A DNA stretch of 64,000 nucleotides from an uncultured Rivularia sp. (GTDB lineage Bacteria > Cyanobacteriota > Cyanobacteriia > Cyanobacteriales > Nostocaceae): positions 5,422-69,421 of the forward strand of contig CAYMZW010000002.1 of NCBI GenBank assembly GCA_964395005.1, written 5' to 3'. The notes under the pieces were generated by a model that saw only the letters and a list, made by a program, of their open reading frames with translations, did no database searches and was not told where the DNA came from. How positions within the stretch are numbered: position 1 is the first letter of the stretch; the number at the start of each line of letters is the position of its first letter. Shown here piece by piece: positions 1-12,600 of this stretch. The position numbers and the translations under genes were made by a program.

Positions 1-620
1 AGTTGGCGATCGCCCCTTCAGTAGTATTAGTATCGCCCGTTATTTCGGTGATTTCAGGTGCCGCGTTATTAACTTGAATTTCTAAGGTATCGCTATCGGT
101 ACCACCGTCGGAGTCGGTAACTGTAAGTGTTGCAATATAGCTTCCAGGAGTTGTGTAGGTGTGGGTTGGATTCAGTTGATTTTCTACAACCGTACCGTCA
201 CCTAAATCCCATTCAATAGTATGAGTATCCAATATTCCGGGGTCGGTATAGTTACCGTTAAAGGTAATCTCCTGATTTTCTATCGCTGTTTGGTCGTCAC
301 CAGCGTTAACTGTGGGAGCAACATTATTTACAGTTAACGTAATTGTTTCTACTGTTGGTGCGCCATTGCTATCGGTGACGGTAAGGGTTGCGGTGTAGGT
401 ACCGTTGTCAGCAAAGGTGTGGCTGACGTTTTGTCCGGTAACTGGTTCGGTATTATCGCCAAAGTCCCAGGTGTAGGTTAGTTCGTCTAGGTCAGTTGCA
501 GTTGCGCTGAAGGTAGCGGCTATTCCTTCTGAGATGGTAGGTTCTACGGTAATTTCATTGATGCTGGGGGCTGTGTTGTTAATTGTAATATTTACTGTTG
601 CGGTATTGGAGGTGTTACCT
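1..620 (-). other. PKD-like Ig domains of the giant protein
   Basis: WDFGDN/WDLGDG and HTF..NGTYTATLTVTD / HTYTTPGSYIATLTVTD motifs. Confidence 0.8.
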
Positions 621-3600
621 TCGTCGTCTTGAACGGTGTAGGTAAAGCTATCTTCACCTGGTTGATTGCTGTTAGGGGTGTAGGTAATTGTGTTGTCGTC
701 GTTTATCGTGATATTGCCGTTGGTTGGTGCGGTTTCTATTTGTACTGTGCTGGGGTTGATTGTTCCGTCTGCGTCGCTGTCGTTATCAAGGATATCAATG
801 ATTACGGGTTGTCCTTGGTTGGTGGTAGCGGTGTTGTTATTGGCTACGGGGATAATTACGTCGTCGGTAAGGATGCGGACGTTATCTATAATTACTTTAC
901 TTTGTTTGCTGCCAAAGCCCAGGAGGTCGAAGTATAAGGTTGCTTCTGTATTGGGGGCTATGTCGCGGATGTCTATTGTGACGGTGCGGGGACTATTGAG
1001 GTTGATGGAAGAACCGCTTGTTGGTGCGCCGGATAGTTTGACTTTATCGCTAAAGTATGTATCGCCGTCGTGTTGGATGTTGAGTAATGCGTCGGTTTGG
1101 GAGAATTCGGAGGTGAATCCGGCTAGAGGTGTGAAGGTGTTGGTGTCGAGGAGGGCGACTTCAAAGGCATCACCAGGAGCGAGGTTGCTGCTATCTAAAT
1201 CAGCGTCAAGGATTGTGAATTGTAGGTACTTCGCTTCTTCTGGGATGATGAAGTCTTGGGTGAAGCTGCTGTTTAAGCGGGATTCTTCTGTGAGGACTGC
1301 TTGACCTTCGATTATGTTGGCTGCTCCACGGGTTGACCAAGTTTCTTGGGTGTCAAAGGTGCCGTTGTTAATTCCGAATAACGGGGTAGAAGTAAGTGGT
1401 GCGGTCAATATTCCCTCACTCACTCCCTCTCTCACTCCCTCACTCCCACGTAAAGTGCTAAGGATTTGTAGGTTGAGTAGGGATGGTAGTTTACGCACTC
1501 CTGGTCTTAATGTTGTGTTCATTAAGTCGTGGGGATGTGCTTCTGAGTCTAGGTGGCTACCGTCTGGGCTGAGAGTGGCAGTGAAGTTGTCTGCTACGAA
1601 GGTTTTCTTTCCGTTGATGGTTTGGATGTGACGGTCGAATTCGTTGTATCCGGAAATGAAACCTGCTAGGTGTCCGAGTTCGTGGAGGATGGTTGTTAGG
1701 AGGTCGTATTTTCCGTGGGCTTCTGAGTCTGCTGTGGCTAGGAGTGCTGTGTCAGTTAGGGTTTGGGAGAATTCACTGTGGTCTAAGGGGGTGGTGTCGA
1801 TGAACCAGCCGAGTCCGTTTGCGTTGTGGTCGATGAGGATTTTGCCACCGTTAGGAATTCCTTGGTCGGTGAATTCAGTTACTTGCGCTTCGGCTAGTTG
1901 TCCGGTGGGGAGGTCGGTTATTTCTAGGGTTATGTGAGGTAGGTTATCTTTGAATGTGTTGGTTAATTCGGAAGTTGAAGTATGAACCGAAAGGAATTGA
2001 TTGAACAGTACGGTAATGGGCGAAGAGATTTTCGAGGACTCGACCTCGGAAGCTTGGATTTGAATGAAGTTGATTTGAGTGGTGCTGACTTCACTGGTTC
2101 CAGAATGAACTCCTTTTTGGATGGGGCTAATCTGGCTGGGGCTAATTTGACTGAGGTCTCTTTGGCTGAAGCTAGTTTTGTTGGTGCCAACCTTTCCGAT
2201 GCCATTCTTAAAAAAGCTGACTTGTATTTCGCCAAGTTCCGACTTGCCAATTTGACCGGAGCCGACTTGGAAAGGGCTGAACTCGAAAACGCCAGCTTTA
2301 GAAAAGCTAATTTGACTAGAGCTAATCTTACCGGAGCTGTCTTGATAAGTGTTAACTTGAGGGGTGCCAATTTGCGTGACACTAACTTGAGAGGAGCCGA
2401 CTTGGAAGGAGTCAACCTTAAAGAGGTTTTTTTCTGCAACACCATTATGCCAGATGGAAGTATTCGGAATGATAACTGCTGAATTGAAAGTCTTTGAAGA
2501 TGGAGTGAAATTGTTATCAGTTAAAAGAGGCGAAGATAATGTAGTAAATGCATCAATTGGGTCATTTCCTATCCAAGTAAAACGCCTATCTTCAACTATA
2601 TTCTGAATTTCTTGAGGAATATTTGAGAAAAAATCATAATGAATTCCTCGCTGTTGATTTGTTGTGTCGTTGTTAAGACGGTTTTCTAATTCTCGAACTG
2701 AAATTATATCCATTCCGCCTTCATACCATTTCAAATAACTTCCATCAGAACTTCTTAAAGGCGTACCATCCAAGTTAGTACGGAAATCGTTCTCACTAAC
2801 AACAGTAATTATTGGTGTATCTGCGGTAATATCAGCAATGCCCTGCCCTGGTCGATCCAAAACTACAATTATTTTCCAGACAAATTCAGGGACATTGATT
2901 TCGTTTTCTAGATCCTGAGTAATAATAGTTTGTTTCTCAGGTTTAGTTCCATACCCACCAGTAATAATATAAAGTTCTTTATTTTTGTTAGTAACAAGAT
3001 TTCTTGAGAAATTTTCAAGCCTTTCCCATACTGGAGAATTATTAAGCTCGTGCTGAGGAATTACATTTATTGTTGATGCAACTGAATAAGCATCTTTTCG
3101 ATTTTTACGTCGATCTGCTGCTGGCACCATATGACCGGGAGCTAACTGATATGGTTCCCCTGGTTCTCGCCAATCACTTTTTCCATCAATATAAATGTCT
3201 CCGTCTTCTTCATTATAATCATCTTTTCTTACTCTATACCAATCACTTGGAAGCGTTAATTCTCCTTCGAAACTCTCTCTAACTAAGGAACCAAGCCATG
3301 TTTCGTTTAGCTGCCAACTCACCCAAAGCGGAGTATTATCATTTCTGTTGTAAGCGATAGCATATTGTGGCTTCTCAATTAGATAGTTGTTTTCATGAGT
3401 GCTATTCATAGCATCATTTTGTTGTTCAGTTAAATTCGGATTAAATTGATTTCTTGCAACGGTAGGATTACCTAATAATAAATGCTGATTTTTGAAAAAT
3501 ATATCATCTAAGTATAGTTCATCAAGAGGTTGAATATTTGTATCTAAATCGAATCGTAGTGTTACAGATTTACCCCGTAATTGGTCGGGTATATCTAGAT

Positions 3601-6600
3601 TAAATCTTTCAAATCCTGCATTTCCATAACCTACCTGATTGCCTTGATAATTAACACGAAAAGGACTATCACCATAATTGAGTTCAACCCCAAATAGTCT
3701 CTGTGCTTCTCGTGGAGAATTAATATTAGAAGGTTTTACTACGTTACGAGCGCTTAGTTGGTATTGAGTTCCAGATTCAGCATCACTCATAAATACTCTT
3801 AAATGGGGAAAATCACCTTCAGTACCCAAAGGAAGTTCTGCAATATTGGGAACATGAAGATTAAATTGTAATGCTCCCCACTCGGGAACTACAAAACGAT
3901 TATGAACGATACTTTGACCAGCTTCTAACTTCAAAGCGTAGTTGGTTTCATAATTAGGATTTTCAGGTTCAATTCTTAGGTTCTCTAAATAGCTTTGGTT
4001 ATCAGAAATCGGAGCATTCTCAGAGTCGTAACCGATAATACCGGGAACTCTAAGTGAGTCAATATCCCTCCAATCAACCAACGCACTATTAGGTTGACCA
4101 ATATTCGACGTACCCCCATGAAAAGACCAACCAGGAATCTCACGAGACAATCGGTTCCTAACAAAACCATCCGGATTAGTTACAGCATCAAAATTGCCAT
4201 TAAACAACGTAGGAACAGCAAAATCACCCCGCATTCTAGCACTATCAGTATTATCGTAATCTAAAGAAATCCGGTCTTCATTAGTTTCAGGACGAAGGTC
4301 TTTACCACCACCCAGCGCTGAATAGAACCAACCAGTACCAATTCCTTCATTAGGCTCCGGTATATTAGAAACCAAATCTGCTGCTTCATGGTCGGGTTTA
4401 TACCAAGGGTTGAAGCGTGGATCTCTTTCTAAATTGTAAAACTCTCTATCAAACAAATATTCATAATGAGCATCTCCAAGACGACGGTATAATTCATCTG
4501 GTGCTTCTCTCAAACTCAGGTCAGATGTACCCGAATACCAAGTCAATACGCGCCCGTGAGTCGCACCCAAACCATCAATAAAATTAACAGGACCAATAAG
4601 TCTAATCGGGTCAGTTTCTTTAGTAAATCCAGCACTGCTAAGTCCGTAAACAGCTTGCTGCTCGTTATTTGTTCCCAACAAAATACTTAAGTCAGTTTCA
4701 CCTAACAAGGAAGCATCTGGATTGGGATTAACCGAACGCCAACCTTCTCGCGGCCAATTATCGCCATAAGTATCGGTATTAAGAAGTCTAGGAATATCAC
4801 GACCCGCAGGGGTAAAGGTATTACCAGTTAACTCTGGTACAGTTTGGTAATAGTTATCAGCGAATGTAACATTATCCCAAACCTGTACTTTAGGCTCGTA
4901 GAAGGTACTGTAATCTAAATTTGGAAGACCAGGAATTGGGAAGCTTAACTGTAAGCTTGGTTGATTGAAATCATGGGGGTCAAGCGTCGTCATCTGTAGG
5001 TCACGATTTGTTTCATCCGTACCACCCGCATCTGGGAAGTAAGTACCAACCCGTTGAACAATTTCGCTATTAACGACAGTTCCCCGACTAAAACCAATAA
5101 AGTGTAGCGGTGAATTGAAGATTGCACCTTGAGTACGAATCAATTTACCTTGTTCGTCATAAATTCGCCCTTGTTCATCACCGACTTCACCACCAAACCA
5201 CTGGTCTAATTGTACTAAAGATGCAAAAAGTGAATCTGCTGCGGCTTCTGAGAAACCAGAATCTGGGATATTAGATTCATCCGACCAATCGGAAAGAAGT
5301 ACCAATGGTTTATCGTTATTGAGGAATTGCGATACGTAATTCGTAAGCCTAGTTTTATAGTCAGGATCTGTAGGCTGCGGACCAAGGAAACTTTGCGGAC
5401 GCTGCCCATATTTATCAACAGGAACCCAAAAACCAGTGGTACGGTCGTACTTCATTATTAAACCGTTTCCTGAATCAGCAATACCACCAGCCAAATTATA
5501 AAATGTATCCGGAATTCCTGGAGGTGTAACAATTGGAGCTTTGAAACCGTGAGTTAATACGCTCACACTTCGGAAAGCCTCATCTTCAACCAACGGTGGT
5601 GCTGGGTCAAGTTTAAAGGAAGATTTCTTGAAGTTTCTCTCTCCCATAGAATTATAAGCTTCAACAGCCCAGTGATATTTTTGACCTGCGGTCAAAGTAC
5701 GCTCATCACCAAACGTAAATGTTGTTGGTGTATAAGCTGTTGTCCCAATAACTTCGCCGTTACCCCAGTACCAAGTTCCCCCTATTATCTCTGGGTCATC
5801 TTTCCAAGTAGCTGTAATTATACGATTAGGATTAAAGTCCCTTTCATTACTGTAGTCAGATACATTCCACTCTTTTGTCAATAACTCATATTGCTCTTCT
5901 CTACTTAATCCTTGTTCGTGAAGAAATTCATTACCATTATTACCAGACAAATCAACTATATTATCCCAAGGTACTAACCCTTCCTCTTCAGGGAAAACAC
6001 TTAGGAAAAGATTAATTTCACGAACGGGAACTTCTTCACCGCTTCTATCTTTTAAATCCCATACAAGAGTAGGAGTTAAATCATCTTTCCGAACCAAATC
6101 TTGTCTAAGTCTGAGCCAGTTATTATCTGTTCTTTGCAAATTATGAACAAAAGTACCAATCGGACCATTACTACTTTCAACAAACCCACCATTGCCATCA
6201 GGTACTTCCAACACCCCATAAGTAAACTGACCTCTAGGACGGTCTTCTGCAATAATCCCGTAATCAGCAGTAACGCTAACTAAAGGATTAATATCATCAA
6301 TTGGTACCGTAAAGAAATCAAGAAACTTCGCTTGTCTTGCAGTATTTTCATCGTAGAACTTAGAACCTTCACTCCTATCAAGTAAATCAATAGTGAAGTC
6401 CCCAGGATTATTTAATGTATAAATAATTTCATCAACATCATAAGTCGTCACCCCAACCCCATTGGGATTAGCAACGTAAAGATACTTATCATCAGGTGAG
6501 AGTACTAAATCGCTAGAAAAAGCAACAGGAAGCGGTCTTGTTGCACCTATTAATTGGGGATTTTCTCCTAATGGGTCTTCGATAATACCAACATTACTAC

Positions 6601-9600
6601 CCGCTTGCACCCCATCTACATCTTCTGTTTTACTTCCTAAAGCTAAGAAAGGTCCGCTGTTATTACCGACTACAAAGCCATATTGTCCATCGCGGGTAAC
6701 AGTAACAGAAACCCCGTTATTTAAATCAAAATAATCATCTTTTGGACCCAGGCGTAAAGAAGCATACCTAGTATCGGCAACAAAATTATCAGGTTCGTCT
6801 TCAATAATTTCTAAAATACCGTAACCGTTATCATCATCTTGACGGTTGGTAAATACAATCTTCTTGGGGTCGGGAGTCGTACTCATCCCTTCAACCCTGC
6901 GTCCTGCTTCCACTTGAGCAATCTGCTTGTGCCATTTCTTCTCATTGCGGCTTTCATTCAGCGGACGGTCTTTGGGGTCAATATTTATGACAATAATTTG
7001 ACTTTTTTCATCAATGTCCAACCCGCGAGTGCTACGGGTACTAGGTGCAGCGACAAATAAGCGGCGACCATCGCTACTAATCGCCATTTCTCGCAACCCT
7101 TTAGGTGCTGGTTCAACTTGAATTTTCTCTACAACTTGGTGATATTTGCCCGAAGTTGCATCAACATCAACTACGTAAATAACCCCAATCCGACTGTCAG
7201 AAATATATGCGTACCGATCGCGTGAATCGATAACAATTGAGCTTGGGGATGCATCCGTACCCAAATCAATCGGGTCAATTACATCTTCTGTTTGGGGATT
7301 AATATCAATTTGCTGCAACACCATTGTGTCAATTAAAGCAAGCTTACCCGTGTTTTCTAATGTTGCGTATGCACGGCTACCATCGCTGGTTACAGCAATA
7401 TCTCGTGGTCTATCTCGAACATCCCGATCACCAATGGGTATACGGGCTAAGAGCAGGTCTGCACTACTTGATATGTTTGGTAAAGTATTGGGGTCGCGTC
7501 CGTCAATAACACTGACAAAATCAGATAATCTTTGTACCCCTAAGATATATTCCCCGGTTGCTTCTAATTCAACTTTGTTGCTTTCAAACTTGACTTCTTC
7601 CTTAATTGGTACCGGACCAATTCTTCTAACAACTTTGTTTTGTCGTCGAATAAGGCTGATATCAGTCATTCCCAACACAATACCGTTAGGTACCTTGACT
7701 GCTACTTTAAACTCGTTGTCCGGTAAGCGTTCGCTTAATTCAGTTAACACGGGAACTTCAACGGTAGTTAAACCCATTTGGAATTTAACAATCAAGTCTT
7801 CAAATTTTCTACCCAATTCGTCGTCACCGTTTTCTACCAGAACGTTACTACCCGTGAGGAAAAGTACTGGCTGATTATTTTCGTAAGATTGATTGTTTTC
7901 ATCTTGGAACCTTAACTGTGCTTGTTGCAATACTGGAGGTGCAGCAGGACCAGTCTCTTGTACTTCCGGAACGTCTAACTTAACTTCAAAGGTTGGTAAA
8001 CCATCCGCATCTAATTGCACCCCAGTTTGAGTTACTTGCGGCAACCCGATTGCAGGCACTTGAGTTACTTTCAAAGAAGAAATATCGTAACTAATTGATA
8101 GGAATGGTGCAGTTTCTAACATTCCTAGAAGGTCAGTTCCAGGTAAAGAAGTAAACGAATTGAAGGTATCTAATAAAGTATTTTTGCGTTTAGTTAATTT
8201 ACTTTTACGTAATTCTAACGCTTTTTTATTATCGCGCTTAATTTCAATTTCGCTTTTTACTCCAGCTAATTCTTCTTCTTTGCTGGTTATTTTATCTAAG
8301 AGAGTCTTTCTCTTTACTTCCGCATCTTTCTTTTTGTCTTCTTCTCCTTCTCCAAAGACATCTTGTACCTTTTCGTAAATGCGTCTGAGCTTTTCAATAT
8401 CTTCAGTTAAAGAAGTTTCCTCTTTATTTAGACCTAAAATTTTGTTTCCGATGTCAAATATATCTTTACCCACACCGCCTATTTCTAATGAAATCTCTTC
8501 ATACTCAACCCGCAAGCTTGAGTCAAGAACTTTGGTGGTTAACTTTCCATCAGATATATAAGCATCGGTATTGTTATTACGGATTTCAATATCGCTATCT
8601 AAATTACCAATAGATATCGTGTTGAAGTTGTTAACTTGCGTGTAGGAGAAGGGGAACAGACTAACAAACGGCGCAGGCATATTGAAGGTAGCAACCACCT
8701 TTCCTTTGACAAGTTTCCCACTTCCAAATACCCGATCGAATGATGTCATGTACTCGCCTTCTCGTACACCTTTCCACGGAGGTGATTGGGTACGAATCAT
8801 CCCATCCGCGTCAACTATACCCGTTTCTGCAACCAGCCATTGCTCCTCAATTTCTCCAGTTGCATCGGGAACGTAACCTTTCTCAAAGAAGTATACAGTT
8901 TGACCAATTACTGATGGGTCATTTTTATATTGAGATGGCAATTCCATCGCCAATTGTAGCGGGAAGGCTAAGGGATCTTCACCGGCTTCTAACTTAAATC
9001 CTGAGATAAATCGGAAGTCTTCTGGTGTCGCTAGCGATACTTGACTTTCTTCTAATAGTGGGGTGAAGCGAATATCAGTATCATCAAATAGCGTACCGGG
9101 AGCTACCATCAGTTGCGTAGTCAGTTCTTCGTTATTGGAATCGGTAACTTGAATTTCTACAATTCCACCTTCGTCATCCAATTGAGCGACTGCTGCTGTA
9201 CCGTTCGTTGTAGAAACAGTAGTAGGAGATTCAACAATAACCGGAAGTATATATTCGGAAGCGCCATGAATCACGGTAATATTAGCAATCCCGTTGTTAA
9301 GCGCGGTAATCAATCCATCTGTACTAACATCTACGATATCCGGGTTATTGACAAAGTAACGAGTACCCGTACTAGCATCTTTAAGATCCGGTGATTCATA
9401 TATTGCTTTAATTCCAACCAGCATTTGTCTAGTTGCATCTTCGGTGAGAATAACCGCTCCTGGGTATACATTCAAACCATTGTTTTCCGCAAGCAATATA
9501 TTATTTTCTGAAGAGTTAGTAGGTAATAAATCCCCAACTCTCACCGCAGTTACCGCTTCAATCCCATTCTTCTGCACGCTAACAATCGAAACCCCATCAC

Positions 9601-12600
9601 CTTCTCCAACAAGCACCCCAGTATCCGTAACCCTGGCCACCAATTCATTATCATTCGCAAACTGCAAGTAAGAAGCCGGTAAAATCACATCTTCTTGATC
9701 TGTAAAATCACCGATCGCAACCAACTGAGTACTTTCCCCAGCATCTAATCTCGGACTGCGGTTAACAATATCCAAATTAACCAAAGGAGCATCGCTGACA
9801 TTAATATCAACAGTTACAGGAGTTGCAGTACTGTAACCATCATCAGCAATCAACTCGAAACTCGCATCACCGCTATATCCAGCATTCGGAGTAAACCTTG
9901 CAAACTTACCATCAGGAGTAAAGCTGATACTTCCTTGCTCCGGATTTGCAAGACGGAAGTAAATGCGATCGCCTTCTGGATCGGTAGCTAATGTATCTAA
10001 CTCAATAAATGTTTCTAAATCAGTGTGAGTCAGCACTTCAGACGCGGTAACTATCGGTGCCCGATTAGCAGCAAAGCCATAATTACTACCCAAAATTTGC
10101 ATATCGTTCGCATTTACCACACCATCCCGATTGAAGTCGTAAATTGAATCGTAATCAGCATTGCTAACTATCACCTGACTCAACAACTCACTATCAACTC
10201 CATCAACCGCACCATCGTTATTAATATCCCCTGCAATATTCAGCTTTAAGTCATATTCCCCACTACCAGCAACTTCAAGCAAACTCAACCCAGCTTTATC
10301 AATTGCATATAACCCGTATCCAGAAGAAGTAACCAGCGGGGTTAAACCATTAATACTAGTACTTCCTTGGGTTTCCACACCAACAAGAACAATACCTTCT
10401 TCGGTAGATTCAATTTCACCTTTACGTAACAATACGGTATATCTATCAATCCCTTCGGTTAAATTACCGTTAACCGTAAAACCATTCCACCCTACGACAC
10501 CACCCAAGTCGCTTATTATCGGAGCAGTTGCAGGTGTTTCACCGTAGATGATAGTTTCACCATTGGTTCCCGGATTTCCAATTACCAAAGTTAAAGAATT
10601 ATCTTCCTCGGTTGTGGAATATCCGTAACGTTTTACATCCCCAACTGATAAATTACGAGCAGCGATTAAATTATCATCTTGATAATCGTATATAACCTGG
10701 GTTCCATCGGGAGCAATTATTTGTTTTAAGAATCCTTGCTCGTTGTTGACAAACTGCACCGTCTCCCCAGTTGAAGAAGTAATTCCGCTATCGCTGTAAA
10801 CTAAACTAATTCCATCTGCAATTTGCTCAGTAATTCCTTTTTCGCTACTAATTAAATATTGAGTTCCATCAGCAGCAGTAAGCGTAAAATCGGCTCCGTC
10901 AAAATCCCCACTCGCCGGGTTATAAGCAAAACCAGTATTTAGCTCGTACAAACGATTTCCGGCTAAAGTTAATTTTGCGATCGCCGAATCAAGTTTGTAC
11001 TCAACTCCAGCATCAGCAACCCATTCAGGGGAATAATAAGTTAATCCAGTAACTTCCTGTTTTTGAGGAGCAAAGGTAAATCCGACACGCTCCCCAGTTG
11101 GTGTGGTGAGGTACAATCTCGTTCCTACACGGAATGGTTCATAAACTCCTAAATCTTCCCTTCCAGTTAGCGGTACGTTGGTTTGAATATCGGTATCGGT
11201 ATTCGCGAATTTCCAACCGTTTCCGAAAGTAGCTGTTTCTTTGGAAAGGGAATTGTAAGTACGTACTAAATCAACCGTGACTGATTGAGAATCATCTGAG
11301 AAGGTATACGTTAAATCGGTTTCGCTGCGGTTATAAGCGGATGTTTTTGCAGTACTATTAATTTCGACTACGGTTTCTGTTGTTGATGTACGTCCACTAA
11401 TATCTGTAGCAGTTAATCGTAATTGGTAGAAACCGTTATTTAATTTATTGGGGTCAATTTGTGCGAGAATTTCATCGTTGACTGTATTATCACCATTCGC
11501 AATTTCGGTAAATTTAGTTTCCCCAAACTCAGCTATTTCTAACTTCCAATTATCAAGGTTAATATCATCAACTTCACCAACGATGTCAGTTAATTTATTA
11601 ATTTGATTGGCATTGATATCAGGAGCTAATTCTACAGCTGGAGCATCATTATCAAGGGGATTGCGTACCTTAATTACTGTGGAAGTTTCACCAATTCTAC
11701 CATCCGCATCCGTCGCAACTGCTTCGACAACAACTTTACCGGGAGTTGTGGGAGTAAATTCAAATCTACCAAACTCATCAATTGTTACTGATTCACCGTT
11801 AACCGTAGCGTTGATACTCTCAATATCTGCAAAGCTATCTGCTAAAGCCGTTATGGTAACGCTTTGATTAGGTGTAACGGGGAAGGAAGGAGTTAAATCA
11901 AGATTTACAGTTGGATTTTCTGGAGTTAGAGCAACTTTAATTAAAGCATTTTCTGTAACGGTAGTTATTCCATCGCTAACTGAGAAATTAATGCTGTAAT
12001 CATCAACTTGCCCAGGATTTGGTGTCCAGTTAAATTCTCCAGTTTCTGCATCTAAGGTTGCACCTTCTGGTAAAACATCCGCACTGTAAGTTAATTGTGT
12101 ATTGCTATCTAAGTCAGAACCATCAAGATTAAAAGAAAGAGTTTCACCTAAAGCAACACCACGGTTGGATACTTTTAGCTCAGGATTGCGGTTGTTATCG
12201 GTGATAAGAATATTAACGTCTCGCTTACCAATTTCCCCGCTAGCATCACTCGCTTCAAAAGTAATCTTATATTGTCCGCTTTGTGCGTAAGTAGGTTTCC
12301 AGATAAAATCTCCGGTGCGAATGTCGAATGTAGCACCTTCAGGCAAGTCAGAAGTTACTGAATAAATAACTCCTTCAACGTCGTAATCAACAGCATTGAC
12401 TTTAAATCGTAAGAACGAATTTTCGTCACCGACTTGAGTGGGGAGAGGAATAATTACAGGGGAGCGGTTGGTGTTTTCTACTTCAAGTGAGAATGTTTGA
12501 GTGCTTTGTTTATTTCCATCGGTAGCGATGATAGTGATGTCATCGTAAATTCCAGCTTGAGTGTAGTTTGGTGTCCATTTGAGTAAACCAGTTTCTGGAT

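Noticed and set aside
629-1937. + strand ORFs 629-937, 690-1304, 1314-1631 and 1644-1937
   Set aside because: Shadow ORFs of the giant gene in a skewed region; no recognisable family features, unlike 1982-2482.
1963-2445. Minus-strand 160-aa Lys/Leu/Ser repeat ORF
   Set aside because: Alternative-frame shadow of the pentapeptide repeat; not the frame of the giant ORF.
10600-11330. Classical Rhs toxin
   Set aside because: Only a short YD-like stretch; I saw no long Rhs core or PxxxxDPxG cleavage motif.
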